Numbered from the whole stretch's first letter, positions 1 through 12,408 are shown. The stretch is 63,976 nucleotides of DNA, filler included, from Blastocystis sp. subtype 4 (GCF_000743755.1; 6 parts of 6 records of this genome joined end to end with filler, not necessarily neighbours in it), one strand, 5' to 3'. The notes: generated from the sequence alone by a model not told the origin. Translations and numbers: made by a program.

Positions 1-1654
1 CTGAAACTCGTCGCAGACTCTGTGAGGACCTCGAGATTCTTCAGACCAAGAAGATGACCAATCCTTGGAAGAAGCATGGAAACATTCCTCTGTAAGCGCG
101 AATTGTTGAGTAGTAGTGTATATTCATTTCGTTTTTTAACGTAACTCATTCTGTTTGTTGAAAGGACATTATTCTTTGATTATGAGTACGTTTACTGCAG
201 ATACTTTTCAGTTACCCACATCCTGTCGTGCAGCAATTCCATTTTTTGAAGAGTCGGATTCTCTTCGTGAGAATGCTGTTCACTGGAATGATCTCGTCGC
301 CGCCTTTTATCTTCGATGGAAAGGCATAAAGATGTGTGTGGATGTTCTTCCCCATCTATCGAAAGTGGAATCAATCTATGTGAAGAGTGTAGTTGAAAAG
401 TTGTTTCAACAAGTTCAAGAACTCAAGAATTTGTATAATACCAATGAGGAAGAGGGAATGGTGTGAGGATTTGGAGGATTCTAACCATTAGTTAGTTTTA
501 CGTGAAAAGTGTTTATCGGCATATTATACATGTATTGAATATGGAGCAAATGCACTCAACATTATTCCTATGTAGGAGTCAAGTAGTTTTAGTAACCTGA
601 AGGGAGTATGCTTATTTGAATACATTAGTTGTTGTGTACATTGAGACGATGGAGAGTCTTGGAACGATTACCGAAAGTGTATGTACTAGTGAAGAGGATC
701 ATCTCTAGGAACGAGCTATGAAGATTCACTGTATGGAAATGGTAACTCGGTTAATGAATAAGCCTGTTCCTGCAAAAAGACCTGTACAATTGTAGAGTGA
801 TGATGATAGGATAGTCTCTTCGCGAGCGTCTGCATATGAAACCTGAACCCATCGTCACGGAGTCTGTGGAATCTTCTTCTTCGAGTCCTCTTGAGGAGTC
901 CACAGAGATGAATGTTGCTGAACCATCGTCAGAGGTTCCAGCTACTGGTGACCGTGTGGAAGAGGCATCTCCAGCAATGTTATCTCAATCTCAGGGGATA
1001 GGAGTTGCAGGGTTGCGAACGAGTGCGTTAGGTTCTCGATCTCTACCATCTCAACCCCAGTCACCTTCTCTGGTGAGTTCCACTCCCCTTCCGCTTCAAC
1101 AGTCTGGACCTCTTCCTGCGTCAGTACCTTTAGAACAGTCAGGAAATGTTCCAGTACAACTTCAGCAATCAGGAAATGCTCCAGCACAACTCCAGCAATC
1201 AGGAAATGCACCAGTACAACTCCAACGATCAGGAACTATTCCACTCGAATCCGAACAGACTCTACAAGACTCCCCTTCAGGCCCTCTTCCGTTATCAAGA
1301 TCTATTCTCCAACCGTCTTCATCGATCTCTCCTTCACAACAGCCGCCTGTATCCTTGTCAAGCTCACAACTACCAATTCAAGATGATACAGATCTCCCTT
1401 CAGTTCGCTCTTCTGTAGTTGCTCCTGCAACTGAAGATATTACTTCCTTGGACTTCTCTACAATGTCCAAGAGTAAACAAGTTTTCTATTTAAACGGCTT
1501 ATTGATGAAGGCTTCCTCTCTATTGGATTCCATTCCTGTATGAGTATGAAATGACTGTAAATATTAGGTTGAGGATCGTACAGATATTATCGACCAGGTG
1601 CAGACATATTTGACTGCTTGTAAATGCTGTGCTTCGTCTATAGCATATAACTAA
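1..1654 (+). CDS. Multi-exon unknown protein (5' partial) with Ser/Pro/Gln-rich region
   Basis: ORF pieces 155-466 and 836-1537 joined by short GT-AG introns. Last intron 1538-1567 (30 nt), last exon VEDRTDII...SIAYN* ending 1654, TGTTTGTT at 1669-1676. Confidence 0.6.
1136..1233 (+). repeat. 30-nt coding tandem repeat (QQSGNAPVQL x~3.5)
   Basis: Repeated units of cagcaatcaggaaatgc(t/a)ccag(c/t)acaactc. Confidence 0.85.
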
Positions 1655-1799
1655 TCGAAATAAAGTATTGTTTGTTAATCTATCCCTTCCGAATGCATCG
1701 TTCATTGACCTTTCTTCTCAGTTTTGAAAGACCTAGTCAAAAGATCCTTCTCCTTCCTGAACAGTCACTTAAACATCAGTACAATCATTTGAGATGAAT

Positions 1800-1876
1800 C
1801 GAAGGTTCGATAAGATAGAATAGAAGACAGAAAGTTCTGAAAGAGAGTTAACCAATCAGGTTGAAGCTTCTAGAAG
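1800..1876 (+). promoter_or_regulatory. HSP70 promoter: heat-shock elements and CCAAT box
   Basis: Perfect three-unit HSE tGAAg-cTTCt-aGAAg at 1862-1876, further GAAnnTTC at 1801-1808 and 1830-1837, CCAAT at 1852-1856, directly upstream of the HSP70 ATG. Confidence 0.8.
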
Positions 1877-1942
1877 AGATATGGATGTTCTTTTCTTTGG
1901 TGATTCACTTTTTATTTGATTACATAAAGCGATTTAATTATA

Positions 1943-3913
1943 ATGAGCAAGACTGTTAGTGGAGAGTCTGTTGGTATTGATCTTGGAACCACCTATTCTT
2001 GTGTTGGTGTCTGGCAGAATGATAAGGTGGAAATTATTGCTAATGACCAGGGTCAGAGAACCACTCCTTCTTATGTGGCTTTCACTGATACAGAGCGTCT
2101 GATTGGTGATGCTGCTAAGAACCAGGTGGCTATGAACCCTGAGAACACTGTATTTGATGCTAAGCGTCTGATTGGTCGTAAGTTTGATGACCCTTCAGTA
2201 CAGAGTGATATGAAGCACTGGCCTTTCAAGCTGATTAGTGGAGCTGATGGAAAGCCTACTATTCAAGTCCAATATAAGGGTGAATCGAAGACCTTCTCTC
2301 CTGAGGAGATTTCTTCGATGGTGTTGACAAAGATGAAGCAGATTGCTGAGTCTTATCTTGGTAAGGAAGTGAAGAATGCTGTGATTACTGTGCCTGCTTA
2401 TTTCAACGATAGTCAGCGTCAGGCTACAAAGGATGCAGGAACGATTGCTGGATTGAATGTGATGCGTATTATTAACGAGCCTACTGCTGCTGCTATTGCT
2501 TATGGTCTGGATCAGAAGGGAGGTGAGAAGAACATTTTGATTTTCGATCTTGGAGGTGGTACTTTCGATGTGTCCCTGTTGTCGATTGAAGATGGTATCT
2601 TTGAGGTGAAGGCAACTGCTGGAGATACTCATTTGGGAGGAGAGGATTTCGATAACCGTCTGGTGGAGTTCTTCACTCAGGAGTTCAACCGCAAGTATCA
2701 TAAGAATTTGAGCAGCTCTCAGCGTGCTCTTCGTCGTCTGCGTACTGCTTGTGAGCGTGCTAAGCGTACTCTGTCAAGCAGCACTCAGGCTTACATTGAG
2801 ATTGATTCTCTGTTCGAGGGAATTGATTTCAACAGTCAGATCACTCGTGCTCGTTTCGAGGAGTTGAATATGGATTACTTCCGTAAGACAATGGCTCCTG
2901 TAGAGAAGGTGTTGCGTGATGCCAAGTTGTCGAAGAGTCAGGTGGACGAAGTTGTACTGGTGGGAGGATCCTCTCGTATTCCCAAGGTACAGCAGTTGCT
3001 GCAGGAGTTCTTCAACGGAAAGGAGTTGTGCCAGAGCATCAATCCTGATGAGGCTGTTGCTTATGGTGCTACTGTGCAGGCCGCTGTTCTGAGTGGTAAG
3101 GGTCAGGGAAGCAAGTTGGATGATCTGCTGCTTCTTGATGTGGCTCCTCTGTCTCTGGGTCTGGAAACTGCTGGAGGTGTAATGACCGTATTGATTCCTC
3201 GTAACACAACCATTCCCACAAAGAAGACTCAGATCTTCTCAACATACAGTGATAGTCAGCCTGGTGTGTTGATTCAGGTGTATGAGGGAGAGAGAGCAAT
3301 GACTCGTGATAACAACCTGTTGGGCAAGTTCCATCTGGATGGAATTCCTCCAATGCCTCGTGGTGTGCCTCAGATTGAGGTGACGTTCGATATCGATGCT
3401 GATGGTATTCTGAATGTGTCTGCTGTGGAGAAGTCGACTGGTAAGGAGAACAAGATTACGATTAAGAACGAGAAGGGTCGTCTGAGTGCTGATGAGATTG
3501 AGAAGATGGTACAGGAGGCTGAGAAGTTCAAGGCTGAAGATGAGGCAAACAAGCAGCGTATTGAGGCCAAGAACCAGCTGGAGAACTACATCTTCAGTGC
3601 TCGTAACTCTCTGAAGGAGGAAGCTGTGGCTAGCAAGTTGGGTGAGAGTGACAAGAAGGCAATTGAGAAGCAATTGGATGAGGCGATGTCATGGTTGGAT
3701 GATCATCCTAATGCAGAAAAGGAGGAGTATGAGGAGAAGCAGAAGGCTGTGGAAGCTGCTGTGATGCCTATCTTCTCGAAGATGGCTGGTGCTGGTGCTG
3801 GCGGTGTTCCTGGAGGAATGCCTACAGGTGGTATGCCTTATGGAGGTGCTACTGGAAGTGCTCCTAGCGCTCCTCAGGAAGATGATGGTCCTCATATTGA
3901 AGAGGTCGATTAA
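1943..3913 (+). CDS. HSP70: Cytosolic heat shock protein 70 (intronless)
   Basis: [29 protein letters not shown]-like repeats and C-terminal EEVD. Confidence 0.98.
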   Translation: MSKTVSGESVGIDLGTTYSCVGVWQNDKVEIIANDQGQRTTPSYVAFTDTERLIGDAAKNQVAMNPENTVFDAKRLIGRKFDDPSVQSDMKHWPFKLISGADGKPTIQVQYKGESKTFSPEEISSMVLTKMKQIAESYLGKEVKNAVITVPAYFNDSQRQATKDAGTIAGLNVMRIINEPTAAAIAYGLDQKGGEKNILIFDLGGGTFDVSLLSIEDGIFEVKATAGDTHLGGEDFDNRLVEFFTQEFNRKYHKNLSSSQRALRRLRTACERAKRTLSSSTQAYIEIDSLFEGIDFNSQITRARFEELNMDYFRKTMAPVEKVLRDAKLSKSQVDEVVLVGGSSRIPKVQQLLQEFFNGKELCQSINPDEAVAYGATVQAAVLSGKGQGSKLDDLLLLDVAPLSLGLETAGGVMTVLIPRNTTIPTKKTQIFSTYSDSQPGVLIQVYEGERAMTRDNNLLGKFHLDGIPPMPRGVPQIEVTFDIDADGILNVSAVEKSTGKENKITIKNEKGRLSADEIEKMVQEAEKFKAEDEANKQRIEAKNQLENYIFSARNSLKEEAVASKLGESDKKAIEKQLDEAMSWLDDHPNAEKEEYEEKQKAVEAAVMPIFSKMAGAGAGGVPGGMPTGGMPYGGATGSAPSAPQEDDGPHIEEVD

Positions 3914-4020
3914 GTGGGTAAAGTTACTACAGTCAGTAGTATCATTTTAGATTGTTGTTTGTTTGGAATTAATGTGGTAATAGGAATAGTCAATGCGTTT
4001 ACTACTCAAAGTGTTTTGTA

Positions 4021-4874
4021 CTAACAAAAACACCACTTCAACATCGACGCAAAGTCAATCGACTTATCTATTTTCGGTTTCTTATCTTCTTTCTCAAAAG
4101 TCCCAATTCGAAAAGACGAAATAACAGGTCCAGCAGATACATCAACATCTTCAGGTTTTGTATATTCTCTAGAATTAATCATTTCATACTTTTTTACAGT
4201 TGACTTTTATCGAGATTCTGCTCCATTTTCTTCTTCTCTTCCTCGAAGTGCTTCAATTGACGCTCTTGAAGATCCATATTGCTTTTCATTTCCTCAATCT
4301 CACGCTCACGCTTTCTTCGTTCCTTTTCATCTCGTTTGATATATGTTATGAACCAACCCTACAGTTCAAGATGCACTACATCTCTACTCGTTCTGTTTCC
4401 TCTGCTTCCACAATACCATTGCTTGCTAAGGTTTGGACAAACGCCGATAGTGTTGTCCAACAAGTACCGTTCATATGCACATGGTTCTTGTCGGAAATGT
4501 ACTCATTATATCTACATGAGATCCACAAGCGAATCTATACACTTGATTGGCATTTACTTTTCGGTTTACATAACGAGTCTTAAGAATACTCAAATAACCA
4601 TGTTCGAACTATATTGAATCCAAACCATCAAATGTACAGCTCGCGAGTTTTGTCCTATCACTTTTCCAGGATTGAGGGCAAAGAGTCGCATATTGCGAAG
4701 ATGCGATTCTGAACGCTTGTGACACTCCATTCCATTCTGGTCACGACACTGTTTCTTGCAGATCTGACAATACCATCGAAGTTTCTGAAGTCCTTTAGAC
4801 TATTCTTTATTCCACTTCAGGAGACCTACCTTCATCCATTTCGCGACTCCCTTAGGAGTTGACAAATCGGGCAT
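4021..4874 (-). CDS. KIN17: KIN17 DNA/RNA-binding zinc-finger protein (multi-exon, apparently short C-terminus)
   Basis: Spliced translation MPDLSTPKGVAKWMK|SKGLQKLRWYCQICKKQCRDQNGMECHKRSESHLR matches the KIN17 N-terminus. 3' end approximate. Confidence 0.88.
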
Positions 4875-4911
4875 GAAGAATAGTGAAAGTCTTTTTTGAA
4901 ACAAACACGCG

Positions 4912-5812
4912 AACTCAACTCATCATAATCCTTATTGCAGCATGGAAGTTTATTGCGACAACACAGACACATGCTAAGCAGAGTAATCAACTCCACACCA
5001 GTAATAACACCAGCAGCTATAATAGCATACAGTCCATACGTCGACATTTCGTTATGAGACAATCCAAAACAGTTACGATTGGTTTCCCTCTCATTGCAAC
5101 CACGGGTCAGACTACTAGCGGCAATAAATGGATCCATGAAGTAACGAACCTCGACAATCACAGACTCACTCTTCTCCATAGCGTAGTGATATGGCTTCCA
5201 GTTGTTGCCAAACTCACAGCCAACATCTGTTGTATTGAAGCGAAGGTCCCATTCAGGAGGGATATCAACAATGAAGCTATCTGGACTGCCGAGACGATAG
5301 CAGATTCGCTTTAAATACTTCTTGGATGATTCCACAGGAACTGTAGCATTATAGATATCATCATGAATCGAATCAAACAGATAAAGATCCAGAGTATCGG
5401 TTTTGATAGGAATAGAGGTATTAAAGTAGACACTTTCCATCTTCAAGCAACCTTCCGTAGGATCCCCTTCCTTATCACAACTATCATATGTTGGGAACAG
5501 AGGACTGGGGTTCTGAGAAACAAGGTCAAGTTGATAGGATTCTTCATTGACAGAGACCCCAACGCTCAAATTCCGAATTATCGGCAATCCTTGTTCCCGA
5601 TACAATTTGGCTCGTTTGTTATATCTGAAGATAAACACAACTGGGAATTACTACTCATTGATGTTCTTAAGTCTCTCATTTGGAGAGAAGAAGAGAGCCA
5701 GTCCCAGAGCAAGACAGACTGGGAACAGCCAGATCACAAACCAACAGAGACAACTACATAAGGATTTTCCCTTAGTTGGGGGATCCGAAATTGAATTCGC
5801 CCTACGTGCCAT
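4912..5812 (-). CDS. Unknown two-TM membrane protein with Cys-containing loop; stop likely completed by poly(A)
   Basis: MARRANSISDPPTKGKSLCSCLCWFVIWLFPVCLALGLALFF, 30-nt intron, long exon, second TM YGLYAIIAAGVITGVELITLL. In-frame T at 4912 lies 5 nt before TGTTTGTT. Confidence 0.75.
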
Positions 5813-6010
5813 TGATGACTACCTTTCTTATTTAAGAGAATCAAGAAGAAAACAAATTGCCTTAAAAAGATGGCGTGTTCACACGGCTAGTTCGTATGGT
5901 ACAGTGGTTATAACCGATATTGCATTCAATCACATCGGCAGTTCGCTTCCCCATTCTCCTTTTCTTTTCTTCAAAGAATACTGTAGATTTGCTACTCTTC
6001 CTCCCTCAAA

Positions 6011-7284
6011 ATGATGCTGGGCTCTCTATTAATGCCAGTCCTCTTTCTTGTGTCTGGTGTGTTCGATACGCTCTGCACACAACATCTTGTGTATCTTGGT
6101 GCCTCGAGTATGGGAGTCTCTTTGTAGAGTATTCTATTTAGGTATGAGGTCCATGTTTAGCATCTTTGGGTACTATTTTGCTCAGGCGATTGTTGGACTC
6201 TCTCCAATAGAGTTTGGTGACACTCCGTTTGTTTGATATGCAAATGTGATTTGTAGAACGAACAGGAAAACAAGTACCGATGTTGAAGAGTCGCATGGAC
6301 TTGTCGATGGAGAGGAAGTGGACACTGATGCCAAGCTAGGCTTTCCGGAGGAAGAAAATTCTCATCTTGTCAGGTACTTGTATCTTGCCTCCGCTATTCT
6401 GGATATCAGCGGATATGTGATTCGAACCATTGGGTATGGACTGTTGTCACCGTTACTGGTAGAATGGTGTATTGTGGAAGTGGCCTTTTTCAAGTTGCCT
6501 TTAGTTCAGTTGCTATTTTCAGTGCTATCTATTCTCGTGTCATTTTGAAAACATTTATTACTCCTCTTCAATGGTTCGGTATTGTTGTTGTCACTGTGGG
6601 ACTGGTGGTCTCTCCATTCTCCAGTAATACTTCCGGATCCTCTCCCATTACTGGCATTCTTCTGACTCTTCTCGGAGCTCAATTCTATGCGATCAGTTAC
6701 ATTGTGAACGAATACATCATTGTAGAGAATAGCAAAATGGCTCAACGATAGAGAGTACCTGGGAACAAAGGATCGAAGGAGATTTGCAAACAAGTGGGAC
6801 TAATTAACACTTTCTTATGTTTTATTGTAATCTGTGTCGATACAAGTACGTTCTTGTGACTCTCATTCATCATAGTCCCAAATCGAGATGTACTCGTGTA
6901 TCAGCCCATTGCAGTCAAGAAGGCTACGGTTCGTGTATGGAAGAGGATTAGAATTCACCGGTAGAAAGTATTCGAAGCGATGGGGATGTATATCATCTCG
7001 CATATTATTCATTCGTATGCTCTATATTCAATTCAGGGTTCTTTGGGTGCAATTTGGACAGGTCTTCTCCAGTGTATTCGAGCATGTGTGGTATTTCTTT
7101 CGTCTCATTATTTGTATTGCAGGTAAGCCATCTGAAAGTCATTCAGAATAGTACCGATCCCAATCAATGTCTTACCACAAGTAAGATCGTTTCGACGATT
7201 TTGGTATGTGTTGGTATTTTCATTTTCACTATGGGAAAGCAATCTATTCAAAGTGTTTCACTTTCATCAGAATCCTCACAGTGA
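6011..7284 (+). CDS. Drug/metabolite transporter superfamily (SLC35F-like) multi-TM protein
   Basis: Many hydrophobic exons, e.g. SGLFQVAFSSVAIFSAIYSRVILKTFITPLQWFGIVVVTVGLVV and GILLTLLGAQFYAISYIVNEYI. Confidence 0.7.
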
Positions 7285-7315
7285 TTAGTTTTGGTTTGTT
7301 TCTTTGTATTAACGA

Positions 7316-9067
7316 ATGCTCCTCGAATTCCACGTCCCACTCCCATTCTGTGTAGATGATCCAACTATTGGTTATCTGTACATGGTGATGGATGCCTGTA
7401 GAAGTGCTACTGGTGGTGGTGAAGGTGTGGAATGGCTTCAAGAAGAAGAGAACCCAATGTTAAAGTCATATGATTAGTAGATATGATAATACAGACGGAC
7501 ATATGACTTGTGATGTTCCCGGCTATTCTCCTCCAAAAAATAAAGGGGTCTTTACGCTAAAACAGTTCAATTACTTGGGAAGCACTTAATTGTAGTTACC
7601 TCATCGGATCGAAACTACCATCTTGGTTTTCGAACTTGTTACCAAAAGGTAATCCTATAGAGAGTCAAATTCATTTGTAGAAGCCATGGTCTTGGAGGAA
7701 AAGGCGTGGATCTCTTCGGAATATCGGTTTGCGACTATCACAAATGGTTTCTTCACCAAGTCCAAGTTTTCGTTTGTTTTGGAATCTAAGTTTGTGAATC
7801 ACGATCGTGTAGGGGTAAACTAGAGTTATTGAGTTTAGGGAGATCAAGAAAATCCGTTTGGTCTTTCTGAGGAGCAATTGAATAATCGTGTGCTCCAAGT
7901 ATATGATGTATGTGATAGGTTCAAGAATGAAAAGATTCCTCCTAATGAGGTAGAAACCCATTTGTGTACTCATTCTCAGGACATCACCAAATTCCATTCT
8001 TCGCATATTAAGGATTCTCCTCTTTCCTCAGGATGGTGGAAGGATCGTGATATTAACGAGATGTGTTGCCATTACTGGCTTCTTCACATCAAGTCGAAAT
8101 AGCAGAGAGATATCAATCATAGTTTTGCCTACTTTGGCTTCCAAAAATTAGGAGAGACTTTCATTTATAACAACCAGTGTTATATGAATCGTCAGACTGA
8201 GCGTCAAATGATTGTTTCAATCGACTCCTGGTATTCTCTTACCATGCAAGATATTCGAAGAATGGAACAAGAATGTATGGAGGAATTAAAAGAAAGAATC
8301 CAAAACGGAGATGTATCCCAAGCGTTTGTTATTTTAAGCAGAGAGTAAATTGTAGATACGTAACGGAATAATGAGTTCATTTGTTTGTTGATACTATAAC
8401 ATTTGTTGATGTCTGTAAATGGTTCAATCGAAAAGGTAGACAATTCAACGGGAGATGAAGAATCATCAAGTCAAAACGATCATTTGAAATCGGATGAAGC
8501 TTATAGCACTCCCGTTCATAAACGGCCCTTTTTGAGTGTACTGGAAACGGATAATTCTGTCCGAGTTTTAGATCTATCAAAATCTCCCAAGAAAAGGAAA
8601 CAGAATGTTGGCTCTACTCCATATTCACGTATTCTTTGTCTTTTGCTGAAATCATCCTTAGCATCCGGTACACCTATCAAAGGAAGCATTCTTGATATTC
8701 AGTTGGGGCGACATCCAACAAATAGTCCTATTCCATCTCCAAAACCCCTTACGGTCATAATACCACCGCAGTCGCCTCTCAAGGGTATTATGCAGCGTGC
8801 AAATGAGCTTGTGAAGAGTCTGAGCAATTCTTCTAACTCTATCCCTTCTGGGAAATCCGAAGTTTCAAATTCGAAAAGTTGTTCTTCAACATCCCCTTTG
8901 AAAACAATGTTGTCTTCTTCAAACTCCAAAACAATGATGGTAGTGAGTCTTAGTGTCGAATTAGATATAGAAATTTGTAAATACTGGCAAGTTGGTTACA
9001 TCGTTTACCGAAGCTCTAGAGAACCCATCAAATTCCTCCGAAGGCCGTATCCTTTTTCCTGATGAGT
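7316..9067 (+). CDS. Phosphatidylinositol transfer protein (PITP/START-like) with Ser/Pro-rich C-terminal extension
   Basis: MLLEFHVPLPF, ATGGGEGVEWL, GVFTLKQF, LEEKAW, RQMIVSIDSWYSLTMQDIRRMEQE. 3' end inferred. Confidence 0.82.
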
Positions 9068-9123
9068 TTCATGTTTTAAACAAACACAATTCTAAGTTTA
9101 GTACTAGTTTGCAAGCAGTCTTA

Positions 9124-10386
9124 CTAATCACAAGGTTCAGTCTGGTTGTTAGGATAAGGACCAGGAGGAGCATATGTACTTATTGTATCACCCATCTCCC
9201 AACTCCAAGTGAAACGACACTGCTTAGTATCCTTCTCATCAGTCATATCATAATACCAGTAGTTGTCAGCATTCGTAGTAGAACACATTGTAGGATATGT
9301 AACAGTCACCTGCATAGCACGAATACTCACGCCAGTCTCAGCTCGATTACAAGCACCTCTCAAGGCAGCATCGAATCCATCATTGAACTCGTTGTAAGCA
9401 TTACTGTTGAAGTTCATCTGAGTCAGTTTAGGGAAATTCTCCTTATCAATACACATTGTATGAAGATTTGAAACAATGTTTGCAATTGTAGCAGTAACAT
9501 CTGTTGTAGCCTCATGAGAAGCAGCCTTGTGACCAGTCACTTGGAAGAATTCAAGGTTCTTGAAGTATCCCTTATCACGATTATCAACCATCCACTGAAT
9601 CACAGTGTCCAATCCTTCCATCTTGAAAGAACCATCTCCAAATACAATTCGAGAAGGACGAGTGAATTCAGAAAGAGAAATGAGAGGAATAGCAAGAGTA
9701 GCATCAACATATCTCACAATCTCATATCTCACAATCTTGTAATCAGAATAGAAGTACATATCGATAGGAGCAGGATTCTTCTCAATCTGAGCAGCCAGAG
9801 ATGCACGGAACAACTCAATGGAAGGCTGAGTCATTCCAGAAAGAGCAAGAACTCTAGTGTGCTTGAGAGCCTTAGTAGGGAAAGCATCTCTCACAGCCAG
9901 ATATCTTCTCACGACCTCAATATCAGAAATGATCTGTTCATAACAAGTGGACTGGACTTCATAATTGCTGTTATCTCCAAGAATGAAAGGATCATAGATG
10001 GGGAACCAGGGTTCAGGAGTAGGAGTAGGCGTAGGAGTGGGAGTAGGAGTAGGAGTGGGAGTAACAGTGGGAGTAGGTGTAACAGTAGGCGTGGGAGTAG
10101 GAGTAGGAGTAGGAGTTGGAGTTGGGGTTGGAGTGGGAGTGGGAGTAGGAGTAGGGGTAGGAGTAGGAGTGGGAGTGGGAGTAGGAGTAGGAGTTGGGGT
10201 TGGAGTGGGGGTAGGAGTAGGAGTAGGCGTAGGCGTAGGTGTGGGGGTAGGAGTAGGAGTGGGAGTAGGAGTGGGGGTAGGAGTAACAGTAGGAGGAATG
10301 GTAGGAGGCTCAGGAGTAGGAAGCAACTCAGTGACAATAGGACGAATAGCGAAACCAGCAATACCAGCAATGTTAGCATCAGCCTC
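9124..10386 (-). CDS. Pro/Thr-repeat (mucin-like) protein with C-terminal globular domain; 5' end lost in gap
   Basis: Frame is open from the gap; ~45 PT dipeptides followed by a ~290-aa domain; TGTTTGTT on minus strand at 9086-9079. Confidence 0.8.
   Translation of the reverse strand, partial: EADANIAGIAGFAIRPIVTELLPTPEPPTIPPTVTPTPTPTPTPTPTPTPTPTPTPTPTPTPTPTPTPTPTPTPTPTPTPTPTPTPTPTPTPTPTPTPTPTVTPTPTVTPTPTPTPTPTPTPTPEPWFPIYDPFILGDNSNYEVQSTCYEQIISDIEVVRRYLAVRDAFPTKALKHTRVLALSGMTQPSIELFRASLAAQIEKNPAPIDMYFYSDYKIVRYEIVRYVDATLAIPLISLSEFTRPSRIVFGDGSFKMEGLDTVIQWMVDNRDKGYFKNLEFFQVTGHKAASHEATTDVTATIANIVSNLHTMCIDKENFPKLTQMNFNSNAYNEFNDGFDAALRGACNRAETGVSIRAMQVTVTYPTMCSTTNADNYWYYDMTDEKDTKQCRFTWSWEMGDTISTYAPPGPYPNNQTEPCD
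10016..10322 (-). repeat. Hexanucleotide coding repeat encoding (Pro-Thr)n
   Basis: ggagta/ggagtg/ggggta/ggcgta units on + strand with variation at wobble positions. Confidence 0.95.
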
Positions 10387-10486
10387 NNNNNNNNNNNNNN
10401 NNNNNNNNNNNNNNNNNNNNNNNNNNNNNNTTAATTAATTAANNNNNNNNNNNNNNNNNNNNNNNNNNNNNNNNNNNNNNNNNNNN
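10387..10486. other. Assembly gap with TTAATTAATTAA six-frame-stop linker
   Basis: N44-ttaattaattaa-N44. Confidence 0.98.
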
Positions 10487-10575
10487 AAGAGAATCTGATC
10501 CTTAGCGCTTTGGGAGGAAGTGACTCTGCCAACTACAGTTATGCTTGTGTTGGTGTGGAGAGAGTCTTGTGTTGA
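10487..10575 (+). CDS. 3' fragment of unknown gene
   Basis: ENLILSALGGSDSANYSYACVGVERVLC* followed by TGTTTATT at 10599. Confidence 0.45.
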
Positions 10576-10620
10576 TTCATTTGGATTGTTTTAGAATATG
10601 TTTATTAACACACAATTCAT

Positions 10621-12219
10621 TTAATTACCTTTCTTAGTATATTCTATTCTCTTAGGACCAAACAGAATCCTCTTTGAGGGAAGTTCTTTGACAAGCAATG
10701 TTACAATGCCACCATAGTCAACAGTGAAGGTATATTCCAATTTGATTTGTGCTGAAGGAGCAGGTGTGATATCTTCGATAATAATAGGAGCGATCTCTTC
10801 ACAGTCTTTGGTAAACTCATTCTCTCCTTGGAAGAGAGCATCTTGGACCTTTGTTTGAAAATCAGGAACACAATAAATCTTTGAAATAGTCTTTGGGACA
10901 ATAGTCCCCTTGGGAATCATAATATCCATTCGATGTTCTTTACCCACACGAGTACCCAGACTAATATTAACAATCTCTCGAAGTGTTGCTCCTACATATT
11001 TTTTAGGTCCAGAACCAATCTGATCTGTCTTTAGAGATTTGTCTTGTATTTGAGTACCAAACTTCTTGTAATACAATACGGCTCCTTTTGATACACACTG
11101 ATCAGGGTCAAGAGTATCTGAGACTTTATCTTCACCAAATTCCTCAATCAACATGCGTTTCACCATATTCAATTTGCTTGAACCTCCAACTAGCAAAACC
11201 CGATCAATTTTACTTTTCTCCATATTGCTATCCTTCAGTACCTGATGTACTAAATCAATTGTCTCTTGGATGCGACTTCTCAGAGCTCTTTCCATCTCTG
11301 AGCTTGTAATGACTACTTGATTGTTACCTTGACTAATATCGCCCACGTCCACTGTCACTTGATTCTGATTCTTTAAAGCAATTTTTGCATCCTCAGCAAG
11401 TCTCAGTAATTGTCGGTATCTTCGAGCATAGAGCTTCTTATAACTCTCATTATTTGGAGGAAGCAAATCTTTCCCGTCATTTGCACTCTGAAAATGCTGA
11501 CAGATAATACCAGCAACGATTTCTGTAAAGTCATCACCTCCAAGCATATTATTTCCACCAGTATTTAATACAGTTACGATTTTCTTCTCAATGCGAATAA
11601 GAGAAATATCAAAAGTACCACCTCCAAGATCATAGACAAGGACATGCTGAAGCTTGTCAATCGACGGAAGATCATAACAAATTGAAGCAGCTGTAGGTTC
11701 ATTAATAAGGAAAATAGAATCTCTATTCAAACCGGAAGCATCCAATGCAGCATCCAATGTCGCATTACGTTGATCCATACCAAAATAAGCAGGAACTGTA
11801 ACTACAAGATGGGTAATCTTCTTGTCTAGCTGTTCCTCAGCAAGCCCAATTATGTATTTGATAATTTCCTGGCTCACTTCCTTTGGAGACACCTTACGAC
11901 CCAGATTGGGAACTAAAAATACAGGAAACAGGTCATCTTGTTCAACTGCAGCATTACACCGATTGAGCATTCCTTGAACAAACTCTGAATCCCATCTGCG
12001 GCCGATCAATCGTTTTGCATTTATACAGACACTATCTCCACCTATAAACTTCTTTGCACTCTCTCCAATAAGAACACGATCTCTTGAGTAGTACACACAT
12101 GAAGGGATAATGACGGATCCAGTAGAATCCGTCACAGGAATGGCTCGTCCATTCCTAAAGATATATCCACAACTGTTTGTCGTTCCTAGATCGATTCCCA
12201 AAGCAACATCTCTGCTCAT
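10621..12219 (-). CDS. Divergent intronless Hsp70-family protein lacking lid and EEVD
   Basis: [43 protein letters not shown]; ends after an SBD-beta-like region. Confidence 0.92.
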   Translation of the reverse strand: MSRDVALGIDLGTTNSCGYIFRNGRAIPVTDSTGSVIIPSCVYYSRDRVLIGESAKKFIGGDSVCINAKRLIGRRWDSEFVQGMLNRCNAAVEQDDLFPVFLVPNLGRKVSPKEVSQEIIKYIIGLAEEQLDKKITHLVVTVPAYFGMDQRNATLDAALDASGLNRDSIFLINEPTAASICYDLPSIDKLQHVLVYDLGGGTFDISLIRIEKKIVTVLNTGGNNMLGGDDFTEIVAGIICQHFQSANDGKDLLPPNNESYKKLYARRYRQLLRLAEDAKIALKNQNQVTVDVGDISQGNNQVVITSSEMERALRSRIQETIDLVHQVLKDSNMEKSKIDRVLLVGGSSKLNMVKRMLIEEFGEDKVSDTLDPDQCVSKGAVLYYKKFGTQIQDKSLKTDQIGSGPKKYVGATLREIVNISLGTRVGKEHRMDIMIPKGTIVPKTISKIYCVPDFQTKVQDALFQGENEFTKDCEEIAPIIIEDITPAPSAQIKLEYTFTVDYGGIVTLLVKELPSKRILFGPKRIEYTKKGN

Positions 12220-12408
12220 ATTAAACAGTAAATGAAGCGCAGATGTAACCTGAGGATATTTTATTGGATGAACCAATTCTTCTATTCATTAAGGATCTAC
12301 AGATCGTTGAATCGATTATTGCTTATGTCCAAAGGGTACTGTTCCATACAGAATATTCTCTAGCCAATGATAACAGATCAGTATAATTCCTTTCATTATG
12401 AGATAATA

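Noticed and set aside
2195..3895. Long antisense ORFs in HSP70 (and similar ones in CPS)
   Set aside because: Expected shadows of strong codon bias; no motifs of their own.
9514..10438. RS-rich, (GV)n and poly-Leu ORFs
   Set aside because: Alternative frames of the PT repeat; the variation pattern is synonymous in the PT frame.
10431..10442. TTAATTAATTAA palindrome recurring five times
   Set aside because: Always centred in a 100-nt N gap: an artificial six-frame-stop linker, not biology.
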